Virus record (IMG/VR): IMGVR_UViG_3300015050_001142
Location: 1-64,000 of that record
Reading direction: 5' to 3' (one strand)
Length of the DNA stretch: 64,000 nt
DNA from: a virus
Shown: positions 36,784 to 46,600 of the stretch, piece after piece
Layout: every line of letters begins with the position of its first letter
Position numbering within the stretch: the first letter of the stretch is position 1
Notes under the pieces: model-generated
The model's input: only the letters and a program-made list of their open reading frames with translations
Told to the model about the DNA's origin: nothing
The model's database searches: none
Made by a program: the position numbers and the translations under genes

Positions 36784-38313
36784 ATGTCAAGTAACACTTT
36801 AGTTCCCCAGATGAAGTTCCAGGTACAGGAACAGATATTTGATGCTAAGAGTATGTTGGATGAAACCAACTTTTACCATCAGCGTCAAGGTATGCCGTCC
36901 GAGCTTACCAAAAAGTTAACCTATATCCTCGGATCTCAGAAACGTAACTATCCATTGTCACTTATGACTCTTGGTGCAGGTGGTTTCAACACTGATAACA
37001 AAGGTGGTGGATCAGCTATCGAGATCGATGATGTACAGTACACTTATCCGGTAATGACCCGCACCAACAAAGCATCAGTTATTTACTCAACAGAGTATGT
37101 AACCGGTGATAAGCCTGGTATTGGCCACGGTAAGTTCTACGCAACATTTACTGATAACTGGATCAAACGTTTCTATGTTCTCCAATCTACAGGTGGTACC
37201 CAAGCTTACGTACATAGCGATGGTGAACCGGTAGCAGGTGGTTACAGATATGAACTCCAGTTAGATCCGGCCGGCCCGACAGATTTCTGTCCTTTGGCAC
37301 AGCTTGATCCCGGTACTCGTTGGGTTGAATTACATACAGCAGTAGCAGAATCTGAATCCCGTTCAACTGAGAGCAAAATGGTTATGCCAGGTTTGTTCAA
37401 GAATCAGATGGGTTTCATGAGAGCTGGTATGAGCTGGGCAGGTAATTCAGCAAATAAAATGATGAGGATCACAGTTAAAACCGATAAAGGTGAGACTGAT
37501 ATGTGGATGGATTACTACATGTGGCAGATGGAAGAGCGTTGGGCTGAAGAGTGTGAGCACATGTATTGGTACAGCCGTTATAACAGACTCGTTGATGGTT
37601 CTATTCCATTGAAAGATATGTTCACCGGTAAAGTAATTCCGCGTGGTTCCGGTGTATTTGAACAGATCACAAACAAATCAACCTATGCCCGCCTTACTTT
37701 GAATGCTTTGACAAATAAAGTAGGTGATGCATTGTTTGGTCAGACTGATACTGGTGGAATGACTATTACCCTTATGACCGGTACTGGTGGTATGAGAGAG
37801 TTTGATCGTGCTTGTCGTGAGGCAGGTATTGCTAAACTTGGACCATTCGGTGCAGGTGATATCGCCAGCAAATTTGTATCTGGTACAGGATATAACTTGG
37901 CTTTGGGTGGATACTTTGATACTTTCTATCATATTGATGGATATACAATTAAAGTAAAACATAACCCGGTATTCGATACAGGTCGTGTTGCGCTGGCTTC
38001 TCCATTACACCCTGAAAGTGGTTTACCACTGGAATCTTACAGGATGTGTTTCCTTGATGATAGCGATGTTGATGGATCACCAAATATCCGTCACGTAGCA
38101 CAGAAAGGCCGTTCATTCCTGGATGGTGTTGTAAAAGGTTTAACTCCAATGCCACGTTCATTACAAATCTTGATCGGTTCTACCGGTGGTGCAGCTTCTA
38201 AAGATTTGGCAACTGTGCAGGATAAGAGTGAATACACAAGGTTTAAATCTGCAGGTATTCAGATCATGCGCGCTAACCGCTGCTTTGATCTCCAGTGTAT
38301 CGCAGGTCAATAA
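36784..38313 (+). CDS. major capsid protein
   Basis: 509 aa; GSGVFEQI, LMTGTGGMREF, GYTIKVKHNPVFD, HPESGLPLESYRM, as in crAss-like MCPs. Confidence 0.9.
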   Translation: MSSNTLVPQMKFQVQEQIFDAKSMLDETNFYHQRQGMPSELTKKLTYILGSQKRNYPLSLMTLGAGGFNTDNKGGGSAIEIDDVQYTYPVMTRTNKASVIYSTEYVTGDKPGIGHGKFYATFTDNWIKRFYVLQSTGGTQAYVHSDGEPVAGGYRYELQLDPAGPTDFCPLAQLDPGTRWVELHTAVAESESRSTESKMVMPGLFKNQMGFMRAGMSWAGNSANKMMRITVKTDKGETDMWMDYYMWQMEERWAEECEHMYWYSRYNRLVDGSIPLKDMFTGKVIPRGSGVFEQITNKSTYARLTLNALTNKVGDALFGQTDTGGMTITLMTGTGGMREFDRACREAGIAKLGPFGAGDIASKFVSGTGYNLALGGYFDTFYHIDGYTIKVKHNPVFDTGRVALASPLHPESGLPLESYRMCFLDDSDVDGSPNIRHVAQKGRSFLDGVVKGLTPMPRSLQILIGSTGGAASKDLATVQDKSEYTRFKSAGIQIMRANRCFDLQCIAGQ

Positions 38314-38347
38314 TATAACTGTTTGGGTTGGTTTATTCCAATCTATG

Positions 38348-38378
38348 AGTCCCGTCAGAAATGGCGGGATTCTTTTTG
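38348..38378 (+). terminator. intrinsic terminator after MCP
   Basis: GAGTCCCGTCA-GAAA-TGGCGGGATTC-TTTTT; followed by a TACATTTG promoter element at 38393-38400. Confidence 0.75.
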
Positions 38379-38423
38379 TCCTAAACTTCCCCTACATTTG
38401 TAAGACAATAAACCCATAACAGT

Positions 38424-39374
38424 ATGAAGACAACGGAAAAACACCTAAACAGTAAAACAGTCACCATCTTTCGATCAGGATCATTTCTGGCCCGCGCGCA
38501 GGGGCCGGCTATCCAGGATTATTTTGAATCAGCCAAAGTATCCATTGGTTCTTATTTTGAATCACAGAGTTCTACAATGATTGGTTCAGGATTAACCTTT
38601 GAAGAACAAAGGGTATTAATGCCGATATTAGTTGATGCTCCATTTGAGGATAGAGAGTTCAGGAAACTGGTACGTGACTACTTTTCAAATATTGATACGA
38701 AAGTACCACATGGTACCGGCTGTATTCTTGAGATTGGTTTAGCGAAAAATAATGCTGAACCAGTGAGTCTTGAAAATATGCCAATCTCTATCGTTGACTT
38801 TGTTCGGTACCGTCATGCTTATCATCACCCTTTTATGGCATTAAGTAAAGAAGAAGCGGATAGTAATCCTACCAAACAGTATTACATTTTTGATAAATCT
38901 CAATTACAGGAAAAGAATAAGAAAAATACTCAGGAAGCCGATGCTGCAATGGCATTGTACCTGGCTGTGAAGAAAGATGAATCTAAAGTGAATATGCTTC
39001 TTACATTACTTGGCCTTGATCCGCGTTCCTTTACAAGTGAGTCAGATAAAACTGATAAACTGAAAGAAATTGCAGTACAAACACCGGAGAAATTTACTGA
39101 GAAACATAACAGCGATGATTTCGATATCAGGTATTGGATTGAATCAATGAAGAATGTAAAAATTCTTTTGTTGATTGGGCAGAAATATATCAATGCTGAT
39201 ACCAAAAAAGTTATTGGTAACACATTGGAAGAAACTATCTACTTCTTCAAAGATGATGCGAATTCAGATGAGGTTGGTATCCTGAAAGCTAAGATGCAAG
39301 AGGCTTTACGTAATCCATTAGAAGCTCAGAAACGTGCAACCGCGCCGAAAGAAGGTACTGGTGCAACAAAATAA
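38424..39374 (+). CDS. crAss-like virion-module protein following MCP
   Basis: Synteny; 316 aa. Confidence 0.65.
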   Translation: MKTTEKHLNSKTVTIFRSGSFLARAQGPAIQDYFESAKVSIGSYFESQSSTMIGSGLTFEEQRVLMPILVDAPFEDREFRKLVRDYFSNIDTKVPHGTGCILEIGLAKNNAEPVSLENMPISIVDFVRYRHAYHHPFMALSKEEADSNPTKQYYIFDKSQLQEKNKKNTQEADAAMALYLAVKKDESKVNMLLTLLGLDPRSFTSESDKTDKLKEIAVQTPEKFTEKHNSDDFDIRYWIESMKNVKILLLIGQKYINADTKKVIGNTLEETIYFFKDDANSDEVGILKAKMQEALRNPLEAQKRATAPKEGTGATK

Positions 39375-39380
39375 TTTTGT

Positions 39381-40436
39381 ATGACAGTTAACGAAATGCA
39401 TATTGAATTAAGACAATCCGCTAATCAGATTGGTGCAAACAAAAGTCGTAAGTACGAACCTGAAGAATTGGATTGGATACTTAACAAGATGTATAATCGT
39501 TTTATACAATCAAAACTTAAACCAAAGAAAGACGGATCTGGTGGCTTTGAACTGGACCAGATCAGTGCAGACCAGATCCGTACTTTAATTGTTCCTTCAT
39601 ATGACTTGGTACCCTATGTAGATGATAGTAGAAGGTACCAATGTTTTCTCCCGGCTGATTACGCTTACCTGTTGTCTGATTGGTCAGCTACAACATTACT
39701 TTGTACTGGAGATACCATTACTGAAACAGCTGAGAATCTCTATATAACAGCGATCAGACAAGATTACTCTACCGGTGCTTCTCCAAGCGGATTCTATCGA
39801 ACATTGAAAGTATTGTTTCCTGATGCAACTGTAGAAATTCCAACTGATTTACCTTATGGTAATAATTATCAAGGATACACAAAGAAGACAGATATTTCAT
39901 TTCTGATTCCTTGGATTCGTGCTAAGGGCCAATATTACTGGGAAAGATTCGCTGATTTGTTTTATCCTGGCTATTACATCCATACCTCTTTAACTCCGGT
40001 CGCATCACCAATTCCTACGATTGGTATTACCATTGATGGAATTACTTACCATACATACCAATACGTGATCAAGAATCTGGTGAAACATACCGGTACCGGT
40101 CAGATAAGAGATAATCGGTTAACAGCTTCTAATAAAATCTCAGGCTTAAACAGCACCCCATTCTGGAAATCTTCTCATTATAGTCCTGTTTCCGAGCTTG
40201 GAAATGGAATTTTATATATTTACAGAGATAATAGCTTCACAGTAAATGGTGTGAGCATTTCTTACATTAGGAAACCTGTCCCAATCAGTTTAAGTTTGAA
40301 TACAAATTGTGAATTACCTGAAGAGTTTCATCAAACGATCTGTGATTTAGCAACTCAGTACATGGCCGGAAGGTTAAAAGATGGAGATGCTTACCAACTT
40401 GATAAAGATGATAACGACACCAGAGTAGTTCTATAA
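39381..40436 (+). CDS. ring/head-tail adaptor protein
   Basis: MTVNEMH...EELDWILN; C-terminal YIRKP..I...CELPEEFHQTI.DLA. Confidence 0.75.
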   Translation: MTVNEMHIELRQSANQIGANKSRKYEPEELDWILNKMYNRFIQSKLKPKKDGSGGFELDQISADQIRTLIVPSYDLVPYVDDSRRYQCFLPADYAYLLSDWSATTLLCTGDTITETAENLYITAIRQDYSTGASPSGFYRTLKVLFPDATVEIPTDLPYGNNYQGYTKKTDISFLIPWIRAKGQYYWERFADLFYPGYYIHTSLTPVASPIPTIGITIDGITYHTYQYVIKNLVKHTGTGQIRDNRLTASNKISGLNSTPFWKSSHYSPVSELGNGILYIYRDNSFTVNGVSISYIRKPVPISLSLNTNCELPEEFHQTICDLATQYMAGRLKDGDAYQLDKDDNDTRVVL

Positions 40437-40455
40437 CCCACTAAAAATTATTATC

Positions 40456-41376
40456 ATGGAAATGAATCGGTTCTTCTCCGCAACCCTCGGCGTACAAGCT
40501 GAATGTATTATCGCCCAATTTATTGACAATTCATCCCCCGGCCAGTCGCCTACACACAGAGCATTCGTTGATAACGCCTTAGCAGGTTCTATCGCTGTTT
40601 ACTTTGATGATACCAATCTGTTGGTACCTGCAGGTGGAACCAGTTTGGCCGCTAATGCAAATCGTAAATTCTTTTATGCCTGGAAACAAGCTGATGGCCG
40701 TGCGTTCCGAACAACCGGTTTCCCATGTCTTCCAACATATAAGCAGGCAGCTTACAATGCTGGTGTTGCACAAACAACTACTCTTACAGTAACTGGTACA
40801 GTAAGTACAACCCAGATATTGCATGTTCGTATTACTGATACAACTCCTACACAGGTACCGTATCCTACATACGAATATCAATCAACTGTATCTGTTGACG
40901 TTGCTACTTCATTAACTTCTATTGCTGCTCAAATTACTGCTGAAACCAATGAACCAATTGCTACAGCTACTTCTGCAGGATCAGTTCTTACTATCGTAGG
41001 ACTTTACAAAACCCGTACATTTACTGTAACAGCTTACTTGGAAGTTAGTGCAACACAAGCAACTGATCTCAGTATATTTACCGCAGTGAACACTGTTAAA
41101 GCAGTAGCTCCGGTAGGTACCATTGAAGATGTGCTGGCTTTTGATAAGTATGTGATCGAGCAAAATGGTGGTGTACTATACACAGAAGCTGGTACTTTAC
41201 CTGCTGAATTCCAGGCATGGGCCACAAATGCACTCAGCACAATTAACTATGGTTATCTGATTGTAAGTGCCAATAAACATGTTGTTGATGAAGGCGCTAC
41301 CAGAGCATATGACAAGAAATCATACATCATCGTAGCACTACCAACTGCACAAGTGGCAACACTGGCAGCTAACTAA
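40456..41376 (+). CDS. Thr/Ala-rich virion protein (possible auxiliary capsid protein)
   Basis: Beta-rich composition; followed by a terminator; synteny. Confidence 0.55.
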   Translation: MEMNRFFSATLGVQAECIIAQFIDNSSPGQSPTHRAFVDNALAGSIAVYFDDTNLLVPAGGTSLAANANRKFFYAWKQADGRAFRTTGFPCLPTYKQAAYNAGVAQTTTLTVTGTVSTTQILHVRITDTTPTQVPYPTYEYQSTVSVDVATSLTSIAAQITAETNEPIATATSAGSVLTIVGLYKTRTFTVTAYLEVSATQATDLSIFTAVNTVKAVAPVGTIEDVLAFDKYVIEQNGGVLYTEAGTLPAEFQAWATNALSTINYGYLIVSANKHVVDEGATRAYDKKSYIIVALPTAQVATLAAN

Positions 41377-41400
41377 CCGGCCATTCTACCCCATATATCA

Positions 41401-41429
41401 AAATCCCTCGGCTAACTACCGGGGGATTT
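41401..41429 (+). terminator. terminator-like hairpin
   Basis: AAATCCCTCGG-N7-CCGGGGGATTT. Confidence 0.6.
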
Positions 41430-41458
41430 GTATTATCTTTATTCCCAAATCTATCACT

Positions 41459-42124
41459 ATGCCGGCAGAAACTCTCAATACGATAACCACGGTCATAGCA
41501 TCGCACTTCGATCGTGAACAGGATGAACCATTCAAGCGATCACTTGGGCCGGCAGTAGATGCCTGGAGATCTAAGCTTGTAACCAACTCATTGGAGAAGC
41601 ACCCTGAGCAACGTAAATTTTTCAAGCAAACATTATGGGTACCAATGGAATCGGCAGCATCAGTTCCATGTCCAATGCCAATGACTCTATGTCCGGTAGC
41701 TAAATCTAAATTTGCTATCCCCAAACCATTAAGATTACAAGGAATTCTTTATGATTACGTTGGTAGCTACGATGGCCGGAACCCATTTAAGGAAGCAGCT
41801 CCCGGTACCCTTGAATTTCTACAATCAGGAAAGTATTCAGGTAATATAACTTTCTGGGAAAATGAAAATCAATATATAAAGATTGGTGATAATGCAAAAC
41901 TTCCCAAGATACGTGTTGATGGTGTATTTGATAAACCATTGGATGTAATGCTGATTAATTGCCAAAACAGTGGCGATTGTGATTACTGGGAAATGGAATA
42001 TCCTGCAACCGGAGATATTATTCAAATGATCATTCAATATATTTTACAGGTAGATTTCAATCGACCGAAATTACCTGATGCACCTGAGATTGAAGTAACT
42101 CCAACAGAACCAAAAAATCCATAA
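41459..42124 (+). CDS. ring/tail protein
   Basis: IRVDGVFDKP...C..W..EYP; synteny with crAss-like ring genes. Confidence 0.65.
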   Translation: MPAETLNTITTVIASHFDREQDEPFKRSLGPAVDAWRSKLVTNSLEKHPEQRKFFKQTLWVPMESAASVPCPMPMTLCPVAKSKFAIPKPLRLQGILYDYVGSYDGRNPFKEAAPGTLEFLQSGKYSGNITFWENENQYIKIGDNAKLPKIRVDGVFDKPLDVMLINCQNSGDCDYWEMEYPATGDIIQMIIQYILQVDFNRPKLPDAPEIEVTPTEPKNP

Positions 42125-42126
42125 GC

Positions 42127-42789
42127 ATGAAAGTAGAAGGCATTAAAGTACACACAATAAAACACATGTGGGAAGCTTATTCTAAAAAAATTGTAGAAGC
42201 CAATCCTGATTGTATTACTGTGTACCAAAATAACATTCATAATTTTTACATTTTCAAACCTAAGACCAGATCTAAAATAATTACAACTGTTTTCCCTTCG
42301 CGTACAAGTTATCGTAGAGAATATAGTATGGATGGATTAATCTTCAGCTATGAGATGTTTCGTAAAATAATAGATGATTATTTCATGAAAGCTCGTAAAG
42401 AAATCGTTGAAGGTAATGCCCTTCGTTTAAATACAATGGGAGTAATCTGCGGTAAGCGTGTAGAGAGAGATTATCGTAAATCAAAACAACGAATGATCAA
42501 TTGGCAGAAGACTAAGCTTCAACCTTTAGTTTATGATGAAGCACTTGGCCGAGATCGATATGAGAAAAAGATTTATTTTACTGGTGATGATTGGTGTCGT
42601 ATAGCCTGGTGTAAGACTGTGCCGGTTACAAATATGACTGTATATGAGTTTACTCCGACATCTTCAACATCTGGTCAAAGAAATGGATTTAAATCTCAAT
42701 TCACTGATGCACTTGCTTCTAACCCATTATTGAAATATCAATATTTATTTGAACCAATATATTATCCACCGATTAAGCCAACAGTATGA
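42127..42789 (+). CDS. IHF-like protein of the crAss-like tail module
   Basis: EIVEGN.LRL..MG...INWQKT...RIAW.K. Confidence 0.6.
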   Translation: MKVEGIKVHTIKHMWEAYSKKIVEANPDCITVYQNNIHNFYIFKPKTRSKIITTVFPSRTSYRREYSMDGLIFSYEMFRKIIDDYFMKARKEIVEGNALRLNTMGVICGKRVERDYRKSKQRMINWQKTKLQPLVYDEALGRDRYEKKIYFTGDDWCRIAWCKTVPVTNMTVYEFTPTSSTSGQRNGFKSQFTDALASNPLLKYQYLFEPIYYPPIKPTV

Positions 42790-43625
42790 TCTATACATCA
42801 ACAGGTATAAAAGAAGTCATTGGCCGTGTTATACGTAATACCCGTATTCAGGACAGTTCTTATATTTCTGATATGGTTGAATGGATACCGGAAGCAATGG
42901 GACTCATGCAAACCAAGATGGAATTAAAACCTGCTTATGAAGATATACGTGTGAATTTTCATATGGGCAAGCTTCCATGTAATCTTCGCTGGATCACTGC
43001 AGTTGAATGGAATGGTTGTCGTATACCTGAAAACAATTCAGCACGATCTGCAGCAAGTATTTCCCGCAGGCGTATTGATGCAGCATTAGGTACTGCTGAA
43101 GGTTTTATAACAGTACCCACTAAATGGGATACACCTACAGGTAATCAAATGTATGATACTGCACTGGTACAATTCAGTTCATTATGTGCTGATTCATGTG
43201 GAAGACTTCCTTGGAATCAGGCAGTATGGTACCAGGTAGAAATGGATTACTTACAGTTCTCAATTGCTGATACTGTAGTAAGGGTACATTACAAAGGAAT
43301 TCCATTAGATGAAAATGGATTCCCGTTAATTCCTGATGAAGAAAATTATAAGCAAGCTCTTTATTTCTATACACGGAAGATGATGATCGGTGCAGGATAT
43401 GAAGATAAAGTTTATACCATGTTACAGCTTGATGCTGAATTTGAAAAGTATGCTGGTCGTGCAATGGGAAAGATTCGGTACCCTTCTGTAGATTCAATGG
43501 ATATGAAAGTTGATCGAATGACAAGATTAATTGTTGATCCTAATTACTTCAATTCATTTTTCTCCGGTACTGGTCCAGAGAAATTTTATGGTTTACCAAG
43601 CAAAATAAACTATCCTAACTTATGA
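42786..43625 (+). CDS. tail tubular/ring protein
   Basis: EWIPEAM, GKLPC, HYKGIPLDENGFPLIPD. Confidence 0.75.
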   Translation: MIYTSTGIKEVIGRVIRNTRIQDSSYISDMVEWIPEAMGLMQTKMELKPAYEDIRVNFHMGKLPCNLRWITAVEWNGCRIPENNSARSAASISRRRIDAALGTAEGFITVPTKWDTPTGNQMYDTALVQFSSLCADSCGRLPWNQAVWYQVEMDYLQFSIADTVVRVHYKGIPLDENGFPLIPDEENYKQALYFYTRKMMIGAGYEDKVYTMLQLDAEFEKYAGRAMGKIRYPSVDSMDMKVDRMTRLIVDPNYFNSFFSGTGPEKFYGLPSKINYPNL

Positions 43626-46600
43626 AGCCAATAAAAGGAATACAAATGGATAATCGTCCCTCAGAGCAACCTGAAGGGACTTATCCGTTTGGTAAGAATG
43701 GTATTCAATTTGATTTGAATGGATCTGTATTCAATGAACCAGGGTTTAGAGCAATGACTGCAGTAGTACCTTATGCACTTAATGGTATAATCGAAACTGA
43801 TGATAAGCCAATATTATTCTCAACAAATAATACTAATTCAGCAATTGGTTTCTTTAATCCAAAGACTGAATTATATGAACCCATTATCGATGATGCAAAC
43901 TGGGCTTTAACAGGACAGTATCTTGGGTTTAAGATTGAAAATTATATTACCGGTGAATCTCAGCGTAATTATAAAGGAGAGATGGTAGTAACCTTTACTG
44001 ATAAGGTAACGTATCCAAAATATCTTAATTGTGATAATCCAAGCCTAGCATCAATTGATGATTTGAGATTATTCGCATATTTTCTTCCACCAACATTAAC
44101 TGTAGTACAAGCTCAAGGCGGTAAACTTTTACCCGGTACTTACTATGTTGCAGTTGGCTATGAAAGAAATGATGGTACTTCATCTCCTTATTCTGCAGTG
44201 AGTAATGGCACTTTTGTTACTCCGGGCGCTACTATTGGAGTAACAAATAAATCACTAAGCATTACAATCGATAATGCAGATACAAGTTATGATTCAATCC
44301 GTGTTGCAATTATATCTCGTATTGATGGTAAAACAACTGCAGTTGAATTAAATGATTTCTTACCCATTACAGGCGCTACAATTCAATTGACATATACAGG
44401 TGTAAATCCAAGTACTGATATTGCTATTGAATCAATATTAACTCCACCAGCTTTGTACAGTAAGGTTGGAACAATGGGACAATTAAATGATGCTTTGTAT
44501 TTGGCTGAACTTGAGAAAGAACCGGATTTAGATGATATGCAGCCTTATGCTGCTTCTGTTATTTTAGAATGGACTTCAGAATTAATGAATGCACTTAATC
44601 CGCCAGAAGAACATGTTACCGGGATCAAGAAATCTAATATGCACGAGGAAGTTTATGCTAGATATATTAGGTACCGTAAAGCTCGTGGTGGATTCACTAA
44701 ATGGTACGTTATTCCTGGACCGGTACCTGAAGCTGCAGATATAGCCGCATCATCAGAAGCTGCTGTAAGTGGATATACTGGCGGAAGTGTACCGAAATTT
44801 AAAGTAGAAGATACGATTCATTATTTCGATCCTGTTGCTAAAACGGGATCTTGTGGTGTTTGGGTAAATACAACTGAAAGATATCCAGACACAGTTGATT
44901 TCGATGCTACATCTATCGGCGGACCAAACCTGCGTAATCAATTGGTTCGTCACCATAAGATGCCATCTCTCAGATGGTGTAAAGCAAATCTTTATCAAAC
45001 AGAAGATGATTATGGTAAAACTAAACTCGATCTGCTTGGTGTGCGTGCATTAAATGTTCGTATTCCAGATAAATATATTGGAATTATTAATGGTTATGAA
45101 CTTGGATATGCATTACGTACAACAGGTAATATGACTGTACTTGGCCAAGGAGCATTAATGCATGGAGCTACTGATACACGTAATTATCAGCATGCATTAA
45201 ATACAATACCAATCTATACAACTGGTGGAAATTTTACCAGTGCCATATTTCATCCAACAGTAAACTTTTTTAGTTCGGATCGTGGTCCGTGGAATGATGA
45301 TGATGCATTACAGGATCTTAGACTGGATACAATGAGATTTCATGCGTTTGATTTATTATTCAATAAACCTGCGATATCTCCAACATTTATATCTGCACAG
45401 TTTAAGCTTCACAGAGATATTGGCTATCCTCAATACTTAGAAGATGGTACTCTTGACGATACAGTTCCTGGTGATGCACCATTAGGATTTTTAATTGATT
45501 ATACAATTGGATTGAAACCTGTACAAATTGCAACTGGAAAGAAACTTCGAGCTATTGGTTCAAGTTTCTATCTTGATAATACAGTTAATGTAAATCAGTT
45601 TGTAAATCTTAGACACGAGAATACATATGGTGGTACTTTATTAGGAACTCCCTGGAGTATTGTGTATGGTAATTCATCATTAAGAATGCGCCGTGGTAAT
45701 GCTACTGATTATACACTCGGAATGCCACCTTATGAAGAAACTTACCTCATCAATCTTCTTTCATTGAAGAATGACATCTATAATAATTTCTATTCTCAAA
45801 TGCTTGTATCATCCGGTACCGCAAAAAGTCTTTCTGATATAACTCCATTCTGGGGCGGCGATACATTTAATTGTGATTATACTTTTCATACTTATGGAAG
45901 ACATGATGCTGTAGATTCAGAAGGTGATGGATTTAGAGGAAAGAAAATAGTTCGTAGAATTATTTGTGAAAGCGTATCGAACATTGCAGTAAGATATGAG
46001 ATACCAGGAAATATTTATTCTAAGTGGTACCCACATAACTCTATTACAACAGGAGTACCTGAGCAATGTTATCCTACATTTCAATTAAGAACTGAAGATC
46101 CTAATCAATTTGGATACTCTAAAGATTTCAATGCATTGAATGATTTAATTGATGCAACAATATATTCTCCATTCAGAGAATATATTTATTCGTTTCCATT
46201 TCGTATTCATCGTGGTGGTAAGAATAATCGTCAAACAAGGCCACGTTCATGGAGAACATTTTTACCACTTGATTACTATGAATGCCAAAAGAATATGGGC
46301 CGGATAATTAATCTGGAAGGTTTAGATGATCACTTATTAATTCATCACGAAAATGCATTATTCCAAACTTTGGATAAATTAAAACTTGATGGGGATGTAT
46401 TATCTGTAACACTTGGTTCCGGTGATATATTTCAGTTTGAACCACAAACACCAATTGATGCTAAACTCGGCTATGCAGGTACACAGCATGATTTAGCATG
46501 TATTAAAACTCCAATGGGGTACTTTTTTGTTGATGCTAAACAAGGAGAAGTATATCTCTATAAATCTAATACTCCTCAAAATCTTAATGCGGGTGCAAAT